Assembly: GCA_963815115.1 (NCBI GenBank)
Contig: CAWFFN010000005.1
Location: forward strand, 1,312,001 to 1,376,000
DNA: 64,000 nucleotides
Reading direction: 5' to 3'
DNA from: an uncultured delta proteobacterium
GTDB lineage: Bacteria > Desulfobacterota > Binatia > DP-6
Shown: positions 20,058-29,688 of the stretch, piece by piece
Layout of the letters: each line of letters opens with the position of its first letter
Position numbering within the stretch: the stretch's first letter is position 1
Made by a program: the position numbers and the translations under genes
The notes under the pieces: generated by a model
Seen by the model: the letters and a program-made list of their open reading frames with translations, nothing else
What the model was told of the DNA's origin: nothing
The model's database searches: none

Positions 20058-20270
20058 GGCCGACGGGCCGGGGAGCATCCGCCTCGGGTTCCAGTGTCCG
20101 TCGGGTGACCGCCGCCCTGGCGCAGGGGGCGCGATCTGTAGTAGCGCCGAGCCGTGCGTGAGTTCCGTCGCCTCCGCCGACCTGGTCCGACTCAACCTGA
20201 CCGGCTCGTTCGCCGGCCGGTGCCTCGGGACCAACCACCGCACCAGGTCGCAGCTACGTTGACCGCATGC

Positions 20271-20894
20271 ATGCTCGGCCCCGACGAGCTGCGCCACATT
20301 GCGCGGGTGACGATCGGGAGCTACGACCGCCACGCCGACGGCTTCCGCGAGGGGACGAAGGACCACGACGTCAGCCAGAACGTGGACGCTCTGCTGTCGC
20401 GCCTCGACGGGCCGGGCCCGTTCGCGATCCTCGATCTCGGCTGTGGCCCCGGTCGCGATCTCGCGCGGTTTCGCGCCCTCGGCCACGAGGCCATCGGGCT
20501 CGACGGCGCGGCGCGCTTCGTCGCCATGGCGCGCGCCGACACCGGGTGCGAGGTGTGGCATCAGGACTTCCTGGCGCTCGACCTGCCGCCCGCGCGCTTC
20601 GACGGCATCTTCGCCAACGCCTCGCTCTTCCACGTCCCCGCGCAGGAGGTGCCGCGCGTCCTTCGCGAGCTCCAGGCGGCGCTCAGGCCGCGCGGCGTCC
20701 TCTTCGCGTCGAACCCGCACGGGCCCGACAGCGAGGGCTGGCAGGGCGAGCGCTACGGCGCCTGGCACGATCTCGCGACGTGGCGATGCCACGTGGCGGC
20801 GGCGGGCTTCGTCGAGCTCGACCATTACTACCGTCCGCCTGGACTGCCGCGCGGCCAGCAGCCCTGGCTCGCGACCGTGTGGCGGAAGGCCTGA
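20271..20894 (+). CDS. class I SAM-dependent methyltransferase
   Basis: ILDLGCGPGRD, FDGIFANASLFH. Confidence 0.9.
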   Translation: MLGPDELRHIARVTIGSYDRHADGFREGTKDHDVSQNVDALLSRLDGPGPFAILDLGCGPGRDLARFRALGHEAIGLDGAARFVAMARADTGCEVWHQDFLALDLPPARFDGIFANASLFHVPAQEVPRVLRELQAALRPRGVLFASNPHGPDSEGWQGERYGAWHDLATWRCHVAAAGFVELDHYYRPPGLPRGQQPWLATVWRKA

Positions 20895-20920
20895 GCCGCG
20901 GCGAACGGCGAGCGTCCGAC

Positions 20921-21808
20921 GTGGCCCGGCTCCTCGACATCCTCGTGACACGGCATCCGGGCGCCTCGAAGCGCACGCTGCGGCAGATGCTGGCGCACGA
21001 GCGCGTCACCGTGGACGGCCGCACGGTCGTCCGCGCCGATGCGGAGATTCCGGAAGGCGCCCGGGTGGCCCTCGGGCGCAAGATGGTGGCCTCACCGGCG
21101 CCCGTCGCGGTCGACGTCGTCCATGAAGACCGCCATCTCCTCGTGATCGACAAGCCCGCCGGACTGCTCTCGGTGGCGTCGAGAGACGCCGGGCGAACGT
21201 CGGCATGGGCCGCCGTTCGCAGGTACCTTGCGGGCTCCGGCGAGGAGCCGTTCCTGGTTCACCGGCTGGACGAAGGTACCTCCGGGCTCCTCGTGTTCGC
21301 GAAGACGTCGGCCGTTCAGGAGTCGCTCCACGAGACGTTTGCGCGTCACGACGTCGAACGGGTCTATCTTGCGGTGGTCGACGGGCAGCCGGGCGCCGAC
21401 ACGGGTACCGTCGCGACCCGGCTGGTCGAATCCGATCGGCGTCCTTACAAGGTACGGAGCCTGCGCGGGGGTGATCCGCCGGAGGTCGCGAGCCGGGCCG
21501 AACGTGCCTGCACGCACTGGCAGGTGATCGGTCGCGATGGGGGCCGTGCGGCTCTCCTCGTCCGAGTCGAGACCGGCAAGAAGCATCAGATTCGCGTTCA
21601 CCTGTCGGACCTCGGCTGCCCGATCGTGGGCGACCGTGCCTACGGCGGCCCCGCCTTTCAGAGGCTCCTCCTGCATGCCGCGCTCCTGCGTTTCAGGCAC
21701 CCCGTGACCGGTGACCAGCTTCTGACCATCAGCCGGCCTGATCCCGCGTTCCGGCGCGCCTTTCCGGCGCTTCCGGACCCGCTGCCGCCGGGTTTCGGCG
21801 TCGAGTGA
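20921..21808 (+). CDS. RluA/RluD family pseudouridine synthase
   Basis: S4-like N-terminus, DKPAGL, VHRLDEGTSG, TGKKHQIRVH, PIVGD..YG, LHAA.L.F.HP; GTG start inferred. Confidence 0.9.
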   Translation: MARLLDILVTRHPGASKRTLRQMLAHERVTVDGRTVVRADAEIPEGARVALGRKMVASPAPVAVDVVHEDRHLLVIDKPAGLLSVASRDAGRTSAWAAVRRYLAGSGEEPFLVHRLDEGTSGLLVFAKTSAVQESLHETFARHDVERVYLAVVDGQPGADTGTVATRLVESDRRPYKVRSLRGGDPPEVASRAERACTHWQVIGRDGGRAALLVRVETGKKHQIRVHLSDLGCPIVGDRAYGGPAFQRLLLHAALLRFRHPVTGDQLLTISRPDPAFRRAFPALPDPLPPGFGVE

Positions 21809-21850
21809 TCGGCCGAAGGAGCAGCCGGGGATCTTGCGTCCGACCGTCGC

Positions 21851-23264
21851 TCACGGGTGCGGGCGGATCGCGCCCGCCTGGGGCCAGTGCCCGAGCGCGT
21901 CGTAGGCGGCATATTTGTAGAGCTCGGAGAGGGTCGGATAGTTGAACACCATGCCGATCAAGGTCTCGACGGTGCCCTGGAGCGTCATGACGGCCTGGCC
22001 GATGTGCACGAGCTCCGTCGCGCGCTCGCCGATGCAATGGCAGCCGATGAGCATGCGGCTGGCCGGGTCGAAGACGAGCTTGATCATCCCGTCGCGGTCG
22101 CCCACGATCTGCCCGCGGGCGTTCTGCTGGTAGAAGGCTTTCCCCACCACGGGCACGTAGCCGGCGTCCCGCGCCGCCGATTCGCCGTAGCCGACGCAGG
22201 ACACCTCGGGAATGGTATAGATGCCGTACGGCAGCAGCTCGCCCAGCTGCCGCTTGTAGGGGAAGGCGAAGGCGCGGCAGACGGCGACACGGCCCTGGTC
22301 CATCGAGGTGGAGGCGAGGGCGGGGAAGCCGATGCAGTCTCCCGCGGCGAAGATGTTCGGGACGCTCGTCCGGTAGCTGGCGTCCACTTCCACGTAGTCG
22401 CGCTTGCCGACCTTCACACCGATCGCATCGAGGCCGAGCCCGCGGATGTTGCCGGAACGTCCGGCGGCGAACAGGAGCTGGTCGGACACCACCTCGCCAC
22501 CGCCCTTGAGCGTGGTGACGATGCCGCGACCGGGGACGCGGCGCACCCCCGACCAGGCATCGCCGAGGTGGGCGGTGACGCCGAGCCCGCTCATCGCCTT
22601 GAGGAGTCCCACACCGATGTCGTCGTCGAGGAACGGCAGGATGTGATCGCGCGGCTCGACCAGCTGGACGGGCACGCCGAGGGCCGCGAACATCGTGGCG
22701 TACTCGCAGCCGATGACACCGGCACCGAGGACCGTCAGCGAGCGCGGCATGCGATCGAAGTGCAGCACCGTGTCCGAGTCCTCGATGTCGGGGTCGCTGA
22801 AGTCGATGTCCGCGGGACGGTGGGGCACGGAGCCCGTGGCGATGAGGACCACGTCACCGGTGATGCGCTCCGCGTCCGTCCGGACGGACGACTTCGATCA
22901 CATGGGGATCGAGGAAGCGCGCGCGGCCGGCGACCATGGTGACGCCGTGGCGATCGAGGTTCGCGCGGATGCGCGCCACCTCGGCCCGTCGTACGGCGTC
23001 CTTCCGGCTGAGCAGCCGCGGGGCGGCGAGCTCGGGCGTGATCGCCACGCTGATGCCGTAGAGCTCGCGCTGATGGTAGCCGGAGAGATACACGCTGGTC
23101 TCGCGCAGCGTCTTCGACGGCAGGGTGCCCGTGTGCACCGCTGCGCCTCCGGGCTCGGCCTCGCACTCGACGACGGCCACCTTCTTCCCGAAGTAGGCTG
23201 CCTGCGCGGCGCCCTTCTCGCCGGCGGGGCCGCTGCCGATGACGATCAAGTCGAAGGCGGCGAT
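21851..23264 (-). CDS. sthA: soluble pyridine nucleotide transhydrogenase, frameshifted near 22875
   Basis: FDLIVIGSGPAG, GTLPSKTLRE in one frame; GAGVIGCEYA, GDCIGFPALASTSMDQGR, FNYPTLSE in the next; apparent start is ATC after AGGAGA. Confidence 0.85.
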
Positions 23265-23275
23265 GGTCCCGTCTC

Positions 23276-24199
23276 CTAGAAGGAGTAGCGCAGCGCGACG
23301 ACGACGTGCGCGGCGAGCAGCACGAGCAGGGCCGCCGTGAGCGGAACGTGCAGGAACAGCCAGCCGTGGAGCCAGTGGTGCAGCCGGCGCTGCACGGCGA
23401 GATCGCGGCGCTCGGCCGCGATGTCGGCGAGATCGCGCGCCGCCTCGTGCAGCGATTTGGGAAGCTCGCGGCAGAGCCCTTCGATGGTGCGAGCCGCCAC
23501 CGCGGCGTCCGCGAACGGTCCGCGCCGGCCGTCGCCACGCAGGAACGGGCGCACCATCTCCACGTAGAACCGCCGCAGGGGCTCGGAGCCCTCGGCCGGT
23601 GCGTCGGCGGGTCGGTAGGCCGCGACACGGCGGGCCATCTTGGGATCGGAATGGATGCGCTCGCTCTCCTTCCTCTCCTCTGCCGCCTCGGGAATCGGGC
23701 CGCACACGGCCGCCGCCGTCTCGTAGGCTTCGAGACCGAGCAGGCCGACCACGTGGGGAATCTGCTCGTAGACCGTCTCGCCGGGAGCCCACGCGGACAT
23801 CAAGCGCGGCACGAACTGCTGCAGCGCGAGGCCGTACACGCCCGAGACGATGACGGCGAAGGCGAGGAGGGAGAGGGCGAGGGCGAGCGTGCCCTGGAAG
23901 CGGAAGGCGCTATGGAAGCACACCAGGGGAACGATGAGGAGCCCGAGCCACACGTGTCCCTTGAGCCAGGTCTCGGCGCGCCCGATTCGCCACGTGGGCA
24001 GGCGCTTGCGGACGTTGAGCCCGACCTCGAACAGCATGAGCGTGGCGGCGGCGATGCCGAACCACAGGCCCGGCCCGCGCGACCAGGTCAGCTCGCGTCC
24101 GGCGCCGGGGCGCGAGCGTACGTAGCCGACCGTCGCCGCCGTGCCCAGGACCGCTGCGGCGACGATCCAGCGCCGCTGGCGAGCGTCAATCAGTGCCAT
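23276..24199 (-). CDS. His-rich integral membrane protein, putative heme b subunit
   Basis: About 5-6 hydrophobic segments; His in WLKGHVWLG, CFHS, WLFLHVPL, AHVVV; start overlaps the upstream Fe-S gene stop. Confidence 0.7.
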   Translation of the reverse strand: MALIDARQRRWIVAAAVLGTAATVGYVRSRPGAGRELTWSRGPGLWFGIAAATLMLFEVGLNVRKRLPTWRIGRAETWLKGHVWLGLLIVPLVCFHSAFRFQGTLALALSLLAFAVIVSGVYGLALQQFVPRLMSAWAPGETVYEQIPHVVGLLGLEAYETAAAVCGPIPEAAEERKESERIHSDPKMARRVAAYRPADAPAEGSEPLRRFYVEMVRPFLRGDGRRGPFADAAVAARTIEGLCRELPKSLHEAARDLADIAAERRDLAVQRRLHHWLHGWLFLHVPLTAALLVLLAAHVVVALRYSF

Positions 24200-26445
24200 G
24201 CTTACCTGCGACTCCGATGGTGGTGGCGAAGAACTCGCGAGGGTTCTCCACCCGCACCGCCGCGCCGTGGGGGCATGCCACCACGCAGCTCGGGTCCTGG
24301 TCCGGAGCGAGGTTCTTGCAGAGATCGCAGGCGGTTGCCTTCTTCTCGCGTGCCACGGCCTTGCGAGGTCCCGGGCGCTGGCGATCGTCGCCCTTCACAT
24401 CGAACTCGTGCATGCTGATGTTGCCATACGGGCAGTTGTCCGCGCACACGCCGCAGCCGACGCACCAGTTCTCGATGTATATCTCGAGCGTGTCTCGACG
24501 CCGGATCGATCCCACGGGGCATCCCACCATGCACAGCGGGTCGCGGCACTGTCGGCAGGACGTGGCGACGAGGTAGTTGTCGTAGCGCAGTCCCTCGCGG
24601 ATGAGCCGCGTCACGCCGTCGTGGGCCGTGGCACACGCTTGCACGCAGAGGTCGCAGCGCGTGCAGCGGTCGAGGTCGAGCACGAGGAGGCTCTGGGCCT
24701 CCATGAGCCCTTGCTGGAGAAAATCTTCGAGCTCGACGTTGCTGGTCGTGGCGGCGATCAGGCGGTTCTCCCCGGCGCGCCGCTCGGCCTCGGCGACGAG
24801 CCGGTCCTTCACCGCGGGGAGAGTGCTCGAGCATCGTCCAGAAGTCGTCGGCAGCGATGCGTACGACATCGACATGGTCGACGGCGATGCAGCTCGCGTT
24901 CCGCGGCTTGTCGAGCAGCAGGCCCATCTCCCCGAAGAAACCGCCGCGCCCGTGGTAGGCGCGTACCAGCTCGCCCCCGGGGAGTCCCACGACGACCTTC
25001 ACGAAGCCGAGGCGCACCAGGTAGAAGGCATCGGCCGGGTCGCCCTGCTTGAAGATGGCCTGGCCCGGCTCGAAGCTCTTCAGCGTGACGCGCTTGCCCA
25101 GGTCGTGGATGAAATCGGCGTCGAGGTCCGCCAGGCACCAGACTCCGCGCAGATGCGTCGCGATGGTGCGGTTGCGGTAGCGGGCGTCGACCTGCGCAGC
25201 GAAGGCCTTCGAGCGACGAAGCAGCTGGAGCACGGGACGCAGCATCTCCAGCACGACGGTGTCTTTCGTGGCCGTCACCGTGGCCGAGCGGGGGTAGAAG
25301 TTGAGGCACGTCATCTCTCCGAAGAGCTCACCGGGGGGGAGTCGGGCCACCGGCTCCGCACGCAACAAGTCTACGGGGGCGTCGATCGGAATCGTGGCGC
25401 CTGGGGCCTCGTCGTCATCCTCTCGGCCGAGCATGCTCCTCATCCCGAGCGCGAACCGCCGGAGCATCCCGGGGCCGGTGCGGTTGTGCACGCGGGACTG
25501 GGTCGTGGAGATGCTCACCTCGACCTCGCCCTCGAGGATGAAGAACGCGGTTGAGCCGAAGTCGCCCTCCTTGCAGATGGGCTCGTCGTCCCTGGGGCTC
25601 AGCCGTCGACGGACCACTGCGCCCTCGTTCTTGCCGATGGGACCGAGCGCCTTCTCGAGGAAGCGGGGGGCTATGCCCTCGAATAGCCGGGTGCCGTCGG
25701 GCCAGCGCAGGCCGAGCAGTACCTCCGCGCCGACCGGCTCGCCGGGGATCCTTGCGTCACCGAACCCCTTGTTCGTGAGCGCGCCGGTCGGGCAGGACAC
25801 CATGCACTCCCCGCACGACACGCAGGTCGACTCGCCCATGACCTGGCCCGCGTCGAACGTGATCACGGTGGCGTTGCCCTTGCCGGCGCGTCCGATGACG
25901 TTGTTGTGCGCGACGTCCGTGCACGCGCGCACGCAGCGGTCGCACACGATGCACGCCGCGTGGTCGACGGCGATGTTCGGGTGCGAGTCGTCGTGCGGCG
26001 TCCAGCCTGCGATCGGCGGCCGCTTGGGCGGTCCGGGGCGGTAGCGGTCGGGCAGGGCACCCAGCTCGCGCGCCTTCGCCTCGAGCTCGCAGTCGTTCGT
26101 CTCCCGCTCCCGGGCGCACGGGGAAGGATGATCGGCCATCAGCAGCTCGACGAGCGTGCGCCGGACCCTTTGCACCTCCTCGCTGCCGGTGGAGATCACC
26201 ATACCCGCCGACAGCTCGCGCGCGCAGGCTGCCGCCATGACGTTCTCGCGCGCGAGCTTGCCGTCGCGCGGAACGCGCACCTCGACGCAGCACACCCGGC
26301 AGACGCCGGCCGGCTGCTGCGGTGGCAGGTGGCATACCGTCGGGATCGTGATCCCGAGCGTCTGGGCGGCATCGAAGATCGTCGTGCCGGGGGGGACCTT
26401 CACCACCCGGCCGTCGATCGTCGCCTCGATGGGCTGGTCGCTCAC
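24186..26445 (-). CDS. NuoG/HydA-type N-terminal Fe-S module + 2 cNMP-binding domains + 4x[4Fe-4S] ferredoxin, frameshifted near 24822
   Basis: IPTVCH..GVCRVC..AAC [2Fe-2S]; HPSPC...DCEL; CIVCDRCVRAC, CVSCGECMVSCP; GELFGEM..PRSATV, GGFFGEM..PRNASC; CTRCDLCVQAC, CRQC..PLCMVGCP, CVGCGVCADNCP, CDLC..CVVACP. Confidence 0.85.
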
Positions 26446-28179
26446 GCCGCTCCTCCGGCGGCCGCCAGCGCCGGCCGCATCGGACACGTGCCCGCCGGGC
26501 AGCGGCTTTCCTGGAGGTGGGCGTTCACCTCGTCCTCGAAGTGCTGCATCATGGACGTGACCGGTGCCGGCACCACCTGACCGAGTCCGCAGATCGAGGT
26601 CTGACGGAGCGTCAGGGCGAGGTCGCCGACCACCGCGAGCCCCGCGGCTCCTGCGCGACCCTCGGTCACCGCTTCCAGCAGGTGGACGATCTTCTCCGAG
26701 CCCACGCGGCAGGGCCAGCACTTGCCGCACGACTCGCGCGCGAAGAAGCGCGCGATGTTGAGTGCGAGGTCGACCATGCAGCGGCCCTCCGCCACGGCGA
26801 CGATGGCGCACGATCCCACCATCGAGCCCTGCTTGGCGAGCGCGCCCCACTCCATGGGCGTATCGGCGAGGTGTGCCGGCAAGAAGCCCGACGAGGCCCC
26901 GGACGGCACCACGGCCTTGAGCTTGCGGCCGCCGCGCACCCCGCCGCCCCAGCGCTCGATGATCTCGCGCAGCGTGGTGCCGAAGGGCACCTCGTAGACC
27001 CCGGGCCGCTCGACGTCGCCGCTCAGCCCGACGAACTTGTAGCCTGCGGCGTCCGCCGTGCCGAGGGCGCGATACCAGCTGGCGCCGCGCAGCACGATCG
27101 ACGGCACGTGCGCCAGCGTCTCCACGTTGTTGACGACGGTCGGCATGTCGAAGAGGCCGTGGAAGACCGGGATGGAGGGCTTCAGCCGGGGCTGGCCTCG
27201 CTTCCCCTCGAGCGCCTCGAGCAGCGCCGTCTCCTCGCCGCAGATGTAGCCGCCGGGGCTGACGAAGATCTCGAGATCGAAGGCGAAGTCGGAGCCGAGC
27301 ATCCGCTGGCCGAGCGCACCCTCGGCCTGGGCGAGCTTGATGGCGCGGTGCAGCGCCTCGGCTTCCCGGGCATACTCGTGGCGGATGTAGATGATGCCCT
27401 GGCGCGCGCCGCTCACGACGCCGGCGATGGCCATGCCCTCGATCAGCAGATGCGGCGCCCAGGTGATGATGCCGCGGTCCTTGATGGTGGCGGGCTCGCT
27501 CTCGTCGGCATTGCAGACGATGTATTTCCGCGTCACCTGCTGGTCGCGGACCGTTCGCCACTTCCTCACGGCCAGAAAGCCGGCGCCTCCCATGCCCTTC
27601 AGCTGCGCCGTCTCGAGCTCGGCGAGCACCGCGTCGGCGCCGCTGTCGAGGACGCGGCGCAACGCGGCCCAGCGCTGGTGCTGCCCGTCGGCGTACGGGT
27701 CGGCGTGCTGGATCGCGACTGCGGGCGACGATGCGGCCTCCGGGAGCGCCTCGTTGTCGCGCAGGGCACGGATGAGCACGTCCATCCCACCGGCATCCAG
27801 GCGCCAGTAGGGTGCGTCGTTCACGGTGAGCGCGGGTGCGCCGTCGCACCGTCCGAGACAGGAGACGCGCTCGACGGTCACCTCGCCGGCTGGCCGCGCT
27901 CGCGCCGGCGGCCTCGACGTCGTGGAGGAGCGACTCCGCCCCGCGAAGACGGCACGAGAGATCGGTGCACACCCGGACGTCTCGTGTCGGCGGCGGCGCG
28001 AGGCGGAAGTGCGGGTAGAAGGTCGCGACGCCGTGCAGGCGGTAGATGGGGACGTCCAGCTCCGCGGCCAGGGCACGCAGCGTGGCGGGCGTCAGGTAAT
28101 CGCCGTTCCGGCGTTGCGCCTCCTCGAGCGCCTCCATCAGGTGCGCGTCGGTCAGGCGAGCGTCCGGAGCCTCTACCAT
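26442..28179 (-). CDS. NuoE-NuoF fusion (FMN/NAD(H)-binding diaphorase), frameshifted near 27900
   Basis: VATFYPHF, VCTDLSC, SCLGRCDGAP (NuoE); GMGGAGF, CNADESEP..KDR, YICGEETALL, ESCGKCWPCRVG, SICGLG (NuoF). Confidence 0.88.
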
Positions 28180-28242
28180 CTGATCAGATATCCCTACCCC
28201 GTTTCCTAGAACACCAGCCCGTTCCCTGACAAGTCGATGCTC

Positions 28243-29679
28243 CTAGTTGCCACGAGTGAGTCCCTGGATATCGAAACGTCCATTCATCTCGTCGGGCCCG
28301 ATCGCCGCGTGGTAGGTGTGGCACTCGGAGCAGGCCGTCCCCGCGCTGCCCGGGCGGTGGCATCGTGCGCAGATATCGCGGCCCGGCAGCAGGAGGTCCG
28401 CCGTGTCCCTGCTCTCCTTCGCGTTGGCGTGGCAGGCGAGGCACCCGAGCTGACGATGGACACCATGATCGAAACGGCTCTGGGGGAACCAGCGGATTGG
28501 GACTCGAGTCGGCGCCACGCTCGGGAGGCCCGAGTCGGGGGCGGCGATCATGGTATGGCATTGCTTGCAGTAGCAGGACTCGCTGAAGAGCACGCGCTCG
28601 GCGGTCGCGACTCGCTCGGCGATCCAGGCGTCTCGGTCCGGCGCACTGCGCGCGGTCGCTCCGCCTGGGAACGGCCGCGGCCTGGGCGTGCCGCGAAGTT
28701 CGCCGGGATGTCGGGCGATGTAGTCGGCGTAGAGGCCCTTCAGGAAGGTGTGGACCACGGCAGGCGTATCGTGGGGGACGACGATGCTGGGGGGAAAGCG
28801 ATCGTCGGCGAACGTATTCGGGTGACACGCGGCACAGTGCTGGGCGTAGCGCACGGGCGCCATGTAGGGAGTGGTCTCGGCCGGAGCGAGCTCGGGTTTG
28901 ACCGGCGGTGCCCACCCCGCGGGCAGCTTGCCGAAGAGCGGAGTCGCCATGGACGTCGTCCCCCAGTGGCAGTTTCCGCAAACGAGCTGCACCCGGAAGT
29001 TGTTCTCGGGCCCGACGAAGTTGGCGGTGAGGTGGGTGGCGTGGTTCAGCTTGAGCTGCGCCATGTCGCGGGGCGCTGGCACGTCATCGAGTGCTTCGCG
29101 GTGCGGGTGCTCGGGGTCTCCCGTCCACACGGCGAACTCGGGGTGCAACGCGTTGTCCCGGGTCGCGAAAGCATGGATCTTCTGCGCGTCCCCTCGCAGC
29201 ACGAAGGCCGGCGGGCCCTTGGTGTGCTGCGGCAGGTCGGCGTGGCAATCGGTGCACGCAGCCGTCGAGACGGCGGAGAGGTTCGGGGCGGCGCGATGCT
29301 CGGTGTGGCAGGTCGCACACGGCGGCGTGGAGTCCTGGTTCGGGTGGTGAACCGGCACGTCGTGGCACGTCTGGCACGCCGCGTCGGTGGCACGCCGGAA
29401 ATGCGGCGGCTCGGCGTCGGTGGCGGTCCCGTGTGCGAGGTCGCGAGCCGCGATGTGGCACGCGGCGCAGTCCTCCTCGTACATCGCGTGCGCTCTCGCG
29501 AGACGGCCCGGAGACGCAGGGTGGGCACGTCCGCCGAGCATCGGTGCGATCCAGAGCGCGGCGGCGGCGAGTGCAGCGAGCGTCAGCCACACCCGCAGGC
29601 TGCGAAACCAGTGCCGGCGCAGGTAGTAGTCTCGCTCGATGCGCTGGGCGCGAAGCTTCGCTTTGCGCTGGCGGGCCAT
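28243..29679 (-). CDS. membrane-anchored decaheme c-type cytochrome
   Basis: Ten CxxCH (CAACH, CQTCH, CATCH, CTDCH, CGNCH, CAACH, CKQCH, CLACH, CARCH, CSECH); N-terminal TM; F/LxHxxH distal-His motifs. Confidence 0.9.
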   Translation of the reverse strand: MARQRKAKLRAQRIERDYYLRRHWFRSLRVWLTLAALAAAALWIAPMLGGRAHPASPGRLARAHAMYEEDCAACHIAARDLAHGTATDAEPPHFRRATDAACQTCHDVPVHHPNQDSTPPCATCHTEHRAAPNLSAVSTAACTDCHADLPQHTKGPPAFVLRGDAQKIHAFATRDNALHPEFAVWTGDPEHPHREALDDVPAPRDMAQLKLNHATHLTANFVGPENNFRVQLVCGNCHWGTTSMATPLFGKLPAGWAPPVKPELAPAETTPYMAPVRYAQHCAACHPNTFADDRFPPSIVVPHDTPAVVHTFLKGLYADYIARHPGELRGTPRPRPFPGGATARSAPDRDAWIAERVATAERVLFSESCYCKQCHTMIAAPDSGLPSVAPTRVPIRWFPQSRFDHGVHRQLGCLACHANAKESRDTADLLLPGRDICARCHRPGSAGTACSECHTYHAAIGPDEMNGRFDIQGLTRGN

Positions 29680-29688
29680 GCCGGCTTC

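Noticed and set aside
24186-28179. Respiratory complex I, NAD-linked formate dehydrogenase or [FeFe]-hydrogenase
   Set aside because: NuoE/F/G-like modules are present, but there are no Nuo membrane subunits, no Mo-bisPGD domain and no H-cluster motifs
24202-28179. 1325-aa ORF as a single protein
   Set aside because: It joins the NuoE start to the next gene through out-of-frame sequence caused by a frameshift; two genes overlap at GTGA 26442-26445
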